From Macrostomum lignano (taxonomy: Eukaryota), in the NCBI GenBank assembly GCA_002269645.1, contig NIVC01000741.1, forward strand, positions 62,001 through 126,000: a DNA stretch of 64,000 bases. Reading direction: 5' to 3'. Below the pieces are notes generated by a model. It made no database searches and was not told the DNA's origin. It saw only the letters and a program-made list of their open reading frames with translations. The translations under genes were made by a program, and so were the position numbers. The stretch's first letter is position 1; each line of letters begins with the position of its first letter. Positions 35,501-46,992 of this stretch are shown here, piece after piece.

Positions 35501-38500
35501 ATTTCTCGGCGACTACGCCAGCATCGACGAGGCCGACGGGTCCGGCATGAATCTGATGTCGCTGGCTGAGAGAGCCTGGGTGCCCCGCCTGTGCGATTTC
35601 GTGCAGCCCGGACTGGAGGTGCGGACCGTTAAGCTTTGAGTCCTGCTTTTCCGCTTCTCATCTATCGCCACTTGAAAATTTACTCTACGGAATCGTAATA
35701 TACTCTGCAGTCTACTCCCTAGTGACCCACAGTCTACTCCCTAGTGACCCACAGTCTACTCCCTAGTGACCCACAGTCTACTCCCTAGTGACCCACAGTC
35801 TACTCCCTAGTGACCCACAGTCTACTCCCTAGTGACCCACAGTCTACTCCCTAGTGACCCACAGTCTACTCCCTAGTGACCCACAGTCTACTCCCTAGTG
35901 ATCCCACAGTCTACTCCCTAGTGACCCACAGTCTACTCCCTAGTGACCCACAGTCTACTCCCTAGTGACCCACAGTCTACTCCCTAGTGACCCACAGTCT
36001 ACTCCCTAGTGACCCACAGTCTACTCCCTAGTGACCCACAGTCTACTCCCTAGTGACCCACAGTCTACTCCCTAGTGACCCACAGTCTACTCCCTAGTGA
36101 CCCACAGTCTACTCCCTAGTGACCCACAGTCTACTCCCTAGTGACCCACAGTCTACTCCCTAGTGACCCACAGTCTGCTCCCTAGTGACCCACAGTCTAC
36201 TCCCTAGTGACCCACAGTCTACTCCCTAGTGACCTCACAGTCTACTCCCTAGTGACCCACAGTCTACTCCCTAGTGACCTCACAGTCTACTCCCTAGTGA
36301 CCCACAGTCTACTCCCTAGTGACCCACAGTCTACTCCCTAGTGACCCACAGTCTACTCCCTAGTGACCCACAGTCTACTCCCTAGTGACCCACAGTCTAC
36401 TCCCTAGTGACCCACAGTCTACTCCCTAGTGACCCACAGTCTACTCCCTAGTGACCCACAGTCTACTCCCTAGTGACCCACAGTCTACTCCCTAGTGACC
36501 CACAGTCTGCTCCCTAGTGACCCACAGTCTACTCCCTAGTGACCCACAGTCTACTCCCTAGTGACCCACAGTCTACTCCCTAGTGACCCACAGTCTACTC
36601 CCTAGTGACCCACAGTCTGCTCCCTAGTGACCCACAGTCTGCTCCCTAGTGACCCACAGTCTACGCCCTAGTGACCCACAGTCTACTCCCTAGTGACCCA
36701 CAGTCTACTCCCTAGTGACCCACAGTCTACTCCCGAGCCTGACTGATTCCAAGTGACCCCGGCCCCACCTTGTACCTAAGCTGGCCCCAGCCTCAGTTCC
36801 TCATCTCCCCGCCCCAGAGCCTCCTCGGCCCGATCGTCCCTGGCCGCACGATCCTCGGCCGGGTGTCGGCCTACCTCTCTGCTCGGTGGGGATTCTCGCC
36901 CGACTGCCGCGTGGCCGCCTTCACCGGCGACAACCCGGCCACGCTGGCCGGACTGCGGCTGCAGCCGGGCTGCCTCGCCGTCACTCTGGGCAGCTCCAGC
37001 TGCGCCCTGCTGAGGTCACCCGGCCGCTGCCTGCCCGCCGGGGCCGCCCTGCCAAGCCTGGGCTGCGTGGTCATGGCCTGCGCTGTGGACACCGAGTCCT
37101 GCATGCCTATTGTTGTGTGAGTCCGCTAGCTGAGCAGCTGGCTGCAGTGTGAGTCCGCTAGCTGAGCAGCTGGCTGCAGTGTGAGTCCTCTGGCTTAGTG
37201 AGCAGCTGACTGGAGCTCGAGCCCAGGACCTTGCTCAGTGCCGAATCCCCAACCCAACCAGCCTTAAGAACGGCGCGCTGACCCGCGAGGCCATCAGGGA
37301 CCGGTTCGCTGGCGGCTCTTGGGCCGAGTTTGACCGGCTGCTGGACTCGCGGCCTCCCGGCAATGGCGGGCTCGTCGGGCTGTACTTCGACTCGCCGGAG
37401 ATTGTGCCGGAGGGCGCGCTGGGTCGCTACCGGTTCGGCGCCGACGGAGAGCCGCTGCCAGACGGCGCTGACTTTGTCGAAGGTCCGGCCGCCGAGGCTC
37501 GAGCCTGTCTGGAGAGCCACGCCATGTCGCTGCGGCTGTTCGCTGAGAGCCTCGGCTTCCGGCCCGGGGAGCCCGGCGCCAGGGTGCTGGCCACTGGGGG
37601 AGCCTCGGCCAATCCGCGGGTGGCTCAGGTGAGCTGCTGTTGGTCAGGCTTTGGGACGGCGCTTAGTAGCTAAGCTGATTTTGTTTAATTTACCTGTTGC
37701 TGCTGATGTATCAGTAGTTAAATAGAGGTAGCTCAATAGGTACCCGATGGGAAAAGGGCAGCCTCTAATTTTTACCCTAGCCTCAAACGCAGCCTCGAAT
37801 GAAGCTCAAAGCGGATTTTTCGAGGCTGGTGTGATGCTAGCCTCAAAAGTCAAAAATAATCTTCAGCATTGAAAGAGATTGTATTTGATGCTGGATTCGA
37901 GGCTGGAGTAGAGGTTTAAATTAGAGTCTGAAGTAGAGGCTGGATTCGAGACTGGATTAGAGGCTTTATTTGAGCCTGGATTTGATGTTTAATTTAGAGG
38001 CTAAATTCGAGGCTAGATTGGAGGTGGAATTCGAGGCTGGAATAGAGGCTGGTTTCGATGTTCAAGTTAGCGGCTGGATTCGATTTTTAAGTTAGAGAAT
38101 GGATTAGAGGTCGGATTAGCGGTTGGATTCGAGGCTGGATTCGAGGTCGAATTAGAGGCTGGATTAGAGGCTGGATTCGAGACTGGATTAGACTCGATTT
38201 TAGAGACTGGATTAGACTCGATTTTAGAGACTGGATTAGAGGCTGGATTAGAGACTGGATTAGAGGTTGGATTCGAGGCTGGATTCGAGGCTGGATTAGA
38301 GGTTGGATTCGAGGCTGGATTCGAGGCTGGATTAGAGACTGGATTAGAGGCTGGATTCGAGGCTGGATTAGACTCGATTTTAGAGACTGGATTCGAGGCT
38401 GGATTAGAGACTGGATTAGAGGTTGGATTCGAGGCTGGATTAGAGACTGGATTAGAGGTTGGATTCGAGGCTGGATTAGAGACTGTATTAGAGGCTGGAT

Positions 38501-40144
38501 TAGAGGCTGGATTAGAGGCTGGATTCGAGGCTGGATTAGAGACTGGATTAGAGGCTGGATTAGAGACTGGATTAGAGGTTGGATTCGAGGCTGGATTAGA
38601 GACTGGATTAGAGGCTGGATTAGAGGTTGGATTCGAGGCTGGATTAGAGACTGGATTAGAGGTTGGATTAGAGGTTGGATTCGAGGCTGGATTAGAGGTT
38701 GGATTCGAGGCTGGAAGAGAAGCTCAAGTTGGAGGCTTAATGGTGTGTGCCTGCAGCTCGCAAATAGAGGAGCAAATATCCCTCCCACAAAAATGTGAGC
38801 TCTGTATATACTCGCCTGTACCCAGTAAGACACCCGTCTCTGTATAAGCGAATGCGTTCTTTGCACTGTATCTTAAGGAGGGAAAATATACTATGCAGAT
38901 ATCTGCGTGGCAGATAAGCATAAGCAATATTTCATAATTCCATATATCGTTATTGTTTAGTATGTTACAATACAATTCATATGACCGATTATATGGCCTT
39001 TTAACATCTTTTTGAACAGACATTGTCTAACTGTTTAGTATTGCCTTTGAAAAAAACTACGCCAGTCTCGAATCCAGCCTCTAATTCCGCATCGAATCGC
39101 CAGCCTCTAATCCAGCCTCTAATTGAGCCTCTAATTGAGCCTCTAACTGAGCATCAAATCGCCAGTCTCGAATCCAGCCTCTAATTCAGCATCAAATCGC
39201 CAGTCTCGAATCCAGCCTCTAATTGAGCCTCTAACTGAGCATCAAATCGCCAGTCTCGAATCCAGCCTCGAATTCAGCATCGAATCGCCAGCCTCTAATC
39301 CAGCCTCTAATTGAGCCTCTAACTGAGCATCAAATCGCCAGTCTCGAATCCAGCCTCTAATTGAGCCTCTAATTGAGCCTCTAACTGAGCATCAAATCGC
39401 CAGTCTCGAATCCAGCCTCGAATTCAGCATCGAATCGCCAGCCTCTAATCCAGCCTCTAATTGAGCCTCTAACTGAGCATCAAATCGCCAGTCTCGAATC
39501 CAGCCTCTAATTGAGCCTCTAATTGAGCCTCTAACTGAGCATCAAATCGCCAGTCTCGAATCCAGCCTCGAATTCAGCATCGAATTGCCAGCCTCTAATC
39601 CAGCCTCTTATCCAGCCTCAAATAGCGAGCATCAAATCTGCATCATTTTTAGAGGCTGCCACACTCAAGAGTCGAGCCTTTAACCTAGCCTCTAGCCTCC
39701 CATTAGTTTAGTGTAACCAAATAAAACATCTTTAGAGGCTAGCGCCAAAAAGTGAGCCTCCAACACCCCTCCAGATTTGCCATCGGGGTAGTATTTTCGG
39801 TAGATGAATTCAAAGTAGATGCTGCGGCTGAATGAGTAGTTGAGTCGGCAGCTGCAACAGCTCCAGCCGCTCCGCAGGTGCTGGCTGACGCCCTGGCTAC
39901 TCCGGTGATTGTCCAGCCCGGCCTGGGCAACTCGGCTGCCCTCGGCGCCGCTCTACTTGGCGCCAGCGCTCTCGCCGGCCCAAGCGCCGATTTTCTCGCC
40001 TCTCTGCCGCCCGAAGTCGAGTCCAGGACGTTCGAACCCAGGCCGGAAGCGGCGCCGGCTTACCGGTCGATGCGCGATCGATTTCCGGGCCTGCTGGCGA
40101 GGGCGGCCGAGCTGCAGGCCGCTCGACTTGGTGGCTCCGCTTGA
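32598..40144 (+). CDS. XYLB: Xylulose kinase (FGGY family), 547 aa; exons 32598-32642, 34452-34537, 34625-34955, 35370-35618, 36818-37116, 37262-37628, 39878-40144
   Basis: LGWDFSTQQ, GSGQQHGSVYW, PVWMDSST, ERVSLVSSFAASLFLG, GSGMNL, FTGDNPA, LATGGASAN; phases join to 1644 nt. Confidence 0.94.
35040..35310. repeat. Degenerate ~21-bp minisatellite (CAGCCTCCCAGACCCTCAGC) in XYLB intron 3
   Basis: Repeated CAGCCTCCCA(G/A)ACC motifs. Confidence 0.8.
35708..36734. repeat. 22-bp minisatellite CAGTCTACTCCCTAGTGACCCA, ~46 copies, in XYLB intron 4
   Basis: Near-perfect tandem array. Confidence 0.97.
37115..37200. repeat. 32-bp repeat (~2.7 copies) duplicating the XYLB exon-5 donor GTGTGAGTCC
   Basis: GTGTGAGTCCGCTAGCTGAGCAGCTGGCTGCA in tandem. 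Confidence 0.8.
37743..39788. mobile_element. Non-autonomous foldback element (CCC...GGG termini, TA flanks; CMC/EnSpm-like) with inverted arrays of a 12-bp GAGGCTGGATT(A/C) module, in XYLB intron 6
   Basis: TA|CCCGATGGGAAA ... TTTGCCATCGGGG|TA; array ~37900-38715 and its reverse complement ~39060-39660 flank a unique AT-rich core. Confidence 0.65.
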
Positions 40145-40489
40145 TGCGGCTGAGAGGCTGATTTTAGTTTTGCATTGCGGATCAGGGGCGCAATGCTAGT
40201 TGTAGGAGGTTCTGGTAGCGTTTCCCTACAGACCATGACTTTCACTATAATTATGTAAATATTTCTATTTGATTTTAAGGATGATTTTCTTGTCTAGACT
40301 GATTTTCCAATAAATGGTGAATGTGAACTGATTATAGATTTCTGTGATGAGAGTCCACATTTTTTTATTTTCAGTTACAAAAAGGCGCTAAGCTTTATGT
40401 TGGAAATAAAATAGAAACTGATCTTTAGGTAGGATCGAGGCCCAGATTCAAATTGGAGAGCTTCTTGTTAGATAGAGATTAAGCTTCAG

Positions 40490-41460
40490 ATTGGATAAAG
40501 ACCCAAAATCAGGCTGGGATAAAGACCCAGAATCATGCTGGATAAAGACCCAGAATTAGGTTGGATAAAGACAGAATCAGGCTGGGATACAGACCCAAAA
40601 TCATGCTGGGATAAAGACCCAGAATCATGCTGGATAAAGACCCAGAATTAGGTTGGATAAAGACAGAATCAGGCTGGGATACAGACCCAAAATCATGCTG
40701 GGATAAAGACCCAGAATCAGGCTGGGATAAAGACCCAGAATCATGCTGGGATAAAGACCCAGAATCAGGCTGGGATAAAGACCCAAAATCAGGCTGGGAT
40801 AAAGACCCAGAATCAGGCTGGGATAAAGACCCAGAATCAGGCTGGGATAAAGACCCAGAATCAGGCTGGGATAAAGACCCAAAATCAGGCTGGGATAAAG
40901 ATCTAAAATCAGGCTGGGATAAAGATCTAAAATCATGCTGGGATAAAGACCCAGAATTAAGTTGGATAAAGACCCAGGATCATGCTGGATAAAGACACAG
41001 AATTAGGTTGGATAAAGACCCAGAATCAGGCTGGGTAAAAACCCAGAATTTAGTCGGATAGAGACCCAGTATCTGGCTTGGATAATTGGTTGAGTAAAAC
41101 CCAGAATCAGGTTGGATAAAGACCCAGAATTAGGTTGGATAATGACCCAGAACCAGGCTGGAATAAAGACCCAAAATCAGGCTGGGATAAAGACCCAAAA
41201 TCAGGCTGGGATAAAGACCCAGAATTAAGTTGGATAAAGACCCAGCCAGGATCATGCTGGATAAAGACACAGAATTAGGTTGGATAAAGACCCAGCCAGG
41301 ATCATGCTGGATAAAGACAGAATTAGGTTGGATAGAGACCCAGAATCAGGCTGGGATAAAGACCCAGAATCAGGCTGGGATAAAGACCCAGAATCAGGCT
41401 GGATAAAGACCCAGAATCAGGCTGGATAAAGACCCAGTATCAGGCTGGATAAAGACCCAG
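40490..41460. repeat. 23-24-bp minisatellite (GCTGGGATAAAGACCCAGAATCAG) filling most of the XYLB-METTL16 spacer
   Basis: ~40 degenerate copies ending ~30 nt before the METTL16 ATG. Confidence 0.95.
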
Positions 41461-41492
41461 CTCCAGAGTCTCAAGCCGCCCAGCCCGCAGCC

Positions 41493-44400
41493 ATGTCCAT
41501 GAACCGCTTCATGCACCCTCGCAATCGCTACCGCCGGGAGAAGCCGGACTTCGCCCAGCTGGCCCGCGACAACCCCAGCTTTGCGGCCGCCTGCCAGCTG
41601 GACGATCGCGGCCGAGTTGTGGTCAACTTCAAGCTGCCCCACCAGCTGGCCGCCCTCACCCGAGCCCTGCTAGAGCGCGACTTCCAGCTGCGCGTGGAGC
41701 TGCCGCTGGACCGCCTGATCCCGACGCTGCCGCTGCGGCTGAACTACCTGCACTGGCTGGAGGACATCCTGGGCGTTGATTGCTCCGCTCCCGAGGGTGA
41801 GTCGGGGTTTGTTTAAGATGAGTCTCACAATGAAAAATCCCTGTTCCCTGTCTCCCTGTTTTCACACACGCAGCCTCCAGCAGCACTCTTCGCGGCATCG
41901 ACATCGGCACTGGCAGTTGCTGCATCTACCCGCTTCTGGCGGTCCGCTGCCACCCCAGCTGGCGGTTTGTAGCCACTGAAGTGGACAAGAGAAACGCAGC
42001 CTATGCTGAGGAGAATGTCGCCAGCAACGGCCTGCAGGATCGCGTCAGGGTGGCGTTGGCGACGCCGGACGCCGGGCCGCTCGAGTTTCCATTGAGTCTG
42101 GCGGAGCCGCAGGAGCAGTTCGACTTCTGCATGTGCAACCCACCGTTCTTTGCGGATGCGGCCGAGGCTCAGGGCCTGCTTAACACCAGGTGAGGTGTGC
42201 TCAGGGCCTGCTTAACACCAGGTGAGGTGTGCTCAGGGCCTGCTTAACACCAGGTGAGGGGTGCTCAGGGCCTGCTTAACACCAGGTGAGGTGTGCTCAG
42301 GGCCTGCTTAACACCAGGTGAGGGGTGCTCAGGGCCTGCTTAACACCAGGTGAGGGGTGCTCAGGGCCTGCTTAACACCAGGTGAGGTGTGCTCAGAGCC
42401 TGCTTAACACCAGGTGAGGTGTGCTCAGAGCCTGCTTAACACCAGGTGAGGTGTGCTCAGGGCCTGCTTAACACCAGGTGAGGGGTGCTCAGGGCCTGCT
42501 TAACACCAGGTGAGGGGTGCTCAGGGCCTGCTTAACACCAGGTGAGGTGTGCTCAGGGCCTGCTTAACACCAGGTGAGGTGTGCTCAGAGCCTGCTTAAC
42601 ACCAGGTGAGGGGTGCTCAGGGCCTGCTTAACACCAGATGAGGTGTGCTCAGGGCCTGCTTAACACCAGGTGAGGTGTGCTCAGGGCCTGCTTAACACCA
42701 GGTGAGGGGTGCTCAGGGCCTGCTTAACACCAGGTGAGGGGTGCTCAGGGCCTGCTTAACACCAGGTGAGGTGTGCTCAGGGCCTGCTTAACACCAGGTG
42801 AGGTGTGCTCAGGGCCTGCTTAACACCAGGTGAGGTGTGCTCAGGGCCTGCTTAACACCAGGTGAGGTGTGCTCAGGGCCTGCTTAACACCAGGTGAGGT
42901 GTGCTCAGGGCCTGCTTAACACCAGGTGAGGTGTGCTCAGAGCCTGCTTAACACCAGGTGAGGGGTGCTCAGGGCCTGCTTAACACCAGGTGAGGGGTGC
43001 TCAGGGCCTGCTTAACACCAGGTGAGGTGTGCTCAGGGCCTGCTTAACACCAGGTGAGGTGTGCTCAGAGCCTGCTTAACACCAGGTGAGGGGTGCTCAG
43101 GGCCTGCTTAACACCAGGTGAGGTGTGCTCAGAGCCTGCTTAACACCAGGTGAGGGGTGCTCAGGGCCTGCTTAACACCAGATGAGGTGTGCTCAGGGCC
43201 TGCTTAACACCAGGTGAGGTGTGCTCAGAGCCTGCTTAACACCAGGTGAGGGGTGCTCAGGGCCTGCTTAACACCAGGTGAGGGGTGCTCAGGGCCTGCT
43301 TAACACCAGGTGAGGTGTGCTCAGGGCCTGCTTAACACCAGGTGAGGGGTGCTCAGGGCCTGCTTAACACCAGGTGAGGGGTGCTCAGAGCCTGCTCAAA
43401 TCAAGTGATGGGTTCTCATAGCTCAACACCAGCAGAGATCACGCCCCCCCCCTCTCTGCAGATCGGACAGCCGGCACCCTCCAATGTCTGCCAGCACGGC
43501 AGCCAGCGTCGAGAGTTTCTCCTCAGGCGGCGAGGTGATGTTCGTGAGCCGCATCGCGCAAGAGTCAAGCCGACACCGCGACCGCTGCCGCGTCTTCACC
43601 TCCATGCTGGGCCGCAAGCCGTCCCTGAAGCCGCTGAAGCGCCTGCTGGAGCGGCTCGGCGTTACCAGCTACGGCACCTACGAGTTTTGCCAGGGCCGCG
43701 TCATGCGCTGGGGCATTGGCTGGACTTTCCAGTCTGGCATCAGTTTTCCAATGTCGGAGTTCAAGCGGCGCAAGCTGCAGTCCCGGCCGCCGCTGACGAT
43801 GCAGCTGCCGCAGCGGCCAGCTGGCGAGGCCGGCCAGGCCAGCCCGGACTACAGCCTGGACTCCGTGTTCGCCTGGTGCAAGCGGGTTCTCAAGCGGCGA
43901 CTTCGCATCGACTGCTGGGACCAGCTGAACAAGCAGGGCGCCACGGGCCGCCGGTTGCGCCTGTCGGCCAAGGAGGTCACCTGGACCCGGCAGCGGCATC
44001 GGCGCCGGCATCCGGCAGCAGGCGCCGACAGGGGCGACGCCGCTAATCGAAGCCAGGAAAGTGAGCTGAGTGAAAGCGACAGCATCAAGGGCCAGGGAGT
44101 AAGCCGACTTTCCGATGACGTCATCGGAGGTCAGGGTGATAAAGATTGCGACGTCGCTAAAGGTCAAAAAGACAATAAAGGTCATGACGCTGCTGACGGT
44201 CAAAGTGACTCAAAAGATCATGACGTCGCTGAAGGTCATAGTGGCAATAAAGATCAAGACAACGTTAAAGGTCACGATGTCACCAAGAGCGAAAGTGACA
44301 GCAAAGGTTGCAAGAACGACACGGAAGGCTGCTCGCCGCCTGCAGAGAAGCGTCCCCGACTGGAAGCTGCCGCCGCCGATGCCGGCCGAGGACCCCCGCA

Positions 44401-44704
44401 GCCGCGTCGTCAGCGCAGCCCGCGCAAGCTGGCGGCCTCGTCCAGCCCGTCCAAGCAGGCGTCTCAGCCGAAAGAGCCGCCGGTGCTGGTGGCGAATCTG
44501 GCGCTGGATTATAACGACAGCGGCGTCATCGAGATGCAGCTGAGCTGGTTGGATGGCTCCGGCAGGGAGCTCATGCACCAGCTGCTGCTGTGCGTGAAGA
44601 ATCTGTACGCCGCTGCGGCACCTTCTGACGAGGAGCAAGCCGAGGACGAGCATCAGAAGGCGAAGGCGGCTTCGGTCAGTGCGGAGGAGGCAGCCAAGGA
44701 ATGA
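41493..44704 (+). CDS. METTL16: METTL16-family U6 snRNA/mRNA m6A methyltransferase, ~620 aa; exons 41493-41796, 41874-42189, 43462-44704
   Basis: MHPRNRY, LIPTLPLRLNYLHW, GIDIGTGSCCIYPLL, catalytic CMCNPPFF, FTSMLGRK, EFCQGRVMRWGIGWTF, C-terminal LSWLDG..ELMHQLL; phases join to 1863 nt. Confidence 0.95.
42167..43396 (+). repeat. 32-bp minisatellite, ~38 copies, spanning the METTL16 exon-2/intron-2 junction
   Basis: Unit GCTCAGGGCCTGCTTAACACCAG|GTGAGG(T/G)GT = 23 exonic + 9 intronic nt. Confidence 0.97.
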
Positions 44705-45601
44705 CCTTCAGTTAGCTGTGTTGTGCAGCTGGAGCGCATTTAGCTAGAGTATTTCTGTGTTCATCTATTTGCAGCTGGTTTGCTTGTAAACTCAAATAAA
44801 TTTCATTCAAAATCAAGCTTTGTTGGAGCCATTATCCTGTGGAATTTTATAAATACCCATAGTGCACTTGCAGTGTACAGATTGGCTTGTTCCTTTCACT
44901 CTAGCCATCCAATCCACATATATACAGACTTTACTCCGGAGGCCGAGGGGCAGGGTAGTCTATGGCCCAGACCGACAAAATCCAACGGTGGATTAAATTC
45001 GACTTTCACTTTACAAGCTCGAAATGTCACATCCGCGAAGACAGTGGTTACAGGTTTATTGTATCGGAACTGGCATTCAGGTTTGGCAGTCTTGATCCCT
45101 TAATTTTAAAAAGAAACAACAAAGCCATAAAGACATGCAGAAGTTTCAATAGAAAAAGTACAGATGAAAACTTATTGGCATCCTACCCAATTCTATGTAC
45201 TTTAAAAAATATTGCAGACATAAATTAATTGCCAGGCAAGAGTCTGGAAAGAAAAATCAATTCAAGCCTCGGCCGTAGAATCGATGGATTGCGATGAGGC
45301 GCAGCGTTGCTCGAAAAAAAGTGAATTATAGGTTGAAATAATCGGGATAATAATTAGCATTTCAAGCTTTGGATAACAGGTCACTACACAAAAGTAAACA
45401 TAATATTAATATTTATTCAGTTTGTATTAAGAAGCCTGGAATAAACTGCTACAAAATAGCCAGCTATCGATAACAAATTAATTAAAGCGCTAAAAGTACA
45501 CGCAGCATGAGTAAAGCGGGGACGAATAAAATAGTACAGCACAGAGGCCTCTACAATTTTCAGACAGCTACTGCCTATTTTAGCATGTACACCCATTAAG
45601 T

Positions 45602-45875
45602 TTGGGAGTTTTAATGCCTGTCAAGGTGTCTGTTTTAATGCCTGTCAAGGTGTCTGTTTTAATGCCTGTCAAGGTGTCTGTTTTAATGCCTGTCAAGGTG
45701 TCTGTTTTAATGCCTGTCAAGGTGTCTGTTTTAATGCCTGTCAAGGTGTCTGTTTTAATGCCTGTCAAGGTGTCTGTTTTAATGTCTGTCAAGGTGTCTG
45801 TTCTAATGTCTGTCAAGGTGTCTGTTTTAATGCCTGTCAAGGTGTCTGATTTAATGCCTGTCAAGGTGTCTGTTT
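45602..45875. repeat. 24-bp minisatellite TGTTTTAATGCCTGTCAAGGTGTC, ~11 copies, between the convergent 3' ends of METTL16 and TMEM62
   Basis: Near-perfect tandem array. Confidence 0.95.
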
Positions 45876-45957
45876 AAGAGGCCGGTCTGGCTATCAACTA
45901 AATTGGGGCCAGTCCATAATCTACATACAAGATCTCAGCAGTTTGCAGCAGAGCCGC

Positions 45958-46925
45958 TCAGTGCTGCGAGCCGCTATGGGCCAGCATGGCAGCCTCGTTG
46001 CGGCAGACGGTCCTGTGCAGGTACCAGCCAAAGCCGACCTGCCACAGGCGGCAGGGGCTCAGCAGGAACACCGTCAGGTCGTAGGTGGCCAGCAAGAAGT
46101 TGACGGACAGCCACAGCTGCCAGGCCAGCAGCGGGTAAATCCAAGAGCGACTGTCAAGGATGCACGCCAACCGCTGCCAACGGGTTGCCATGGCAGGGGG
46201 CGTCCTGTCAACCTGCCTGCCGAGCCGGTAGCAGAGCAGGGCCAGCAGCGGCAGGTGGAAGGCGCACAGCTGGATGAACTCGCTGACGTAGATCAGGCTC
46301 TCCGGCAGCCAGGTGCCGCCAATGTAGAGCCCGCTGAGGAACATCACGCCGAAGCTGTCGTCCACGAAGTAGCCCATCATCAGCGGGCCTGGCGGGTTGG
46401 CAACGGGGCGCAAATGAAGGCAAGCCGGACTCCCGGTCAGGGAACCAGTGTGGACTGGACATTCCACTCATACTATAGTAGTAGGCAATGTCCTAAAGAC
46501 AGCATTTCTACTGAATGAAGTCTCAGGCATTGCTATCCGATTCTTTAATCCGCTGTGCCCCGGGACCCCAGACTCACCGCATCCCATGTAGAGAAAATAG
46601 ACAATCCACGGATAGAACAGGCCGTCGCTGAGCACAAATCTGTACAGGCCTCGGGTGATTTCCGGATGAAACCAGCTGCACATTGACTGCACCAGCGAGT
46701 CTGCAGAGGCGAACACGCGGGGTTCGGCTGGTCACGGAACATTTAAATACTGTTTTCGGATAAGATTTTCTATCTGTACTAGAAAATGCCAGCTAGTCAG
46801 CTGTCTGTCTGTCTGTCTGTCTGTGAGTTTATCAGTGTCTGTGTCTGTCTGTCTGTCTGTAGTGTCTGTGTCTGTCTGTCTGTCAGTTTATCAGTGTCTG
46901 TCTGTCTGTCAGTTTATAGTGTCTG

Positions 46926-46992
<67 letters not shown>

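Noticed and set aside
34967-35569. 200-aa ORF across XYLB intron 3
   Set aside because: Read-through of an intronic minisatellite into exon 4 in the wrong frame.
38087-38866. 259-aa IQPLIQPR ORF
   Set aside because: Translation of the 12-bp array of the foldback element.
40625-40992. WDKDPESG repeat ORF as an N-terminal extension of METTL16
   Set aside because: Ends in a stop, and 23-bp units break the frame before the METTL16 ATG.
42167-43396. CRISPR-like appearance of the 32-bp array (also the 22-bp and 63-bp arrays)
   Set aside because: Units are head-to-tail with no unique spacers, no cas genes, and sit in eukaryotic introns.
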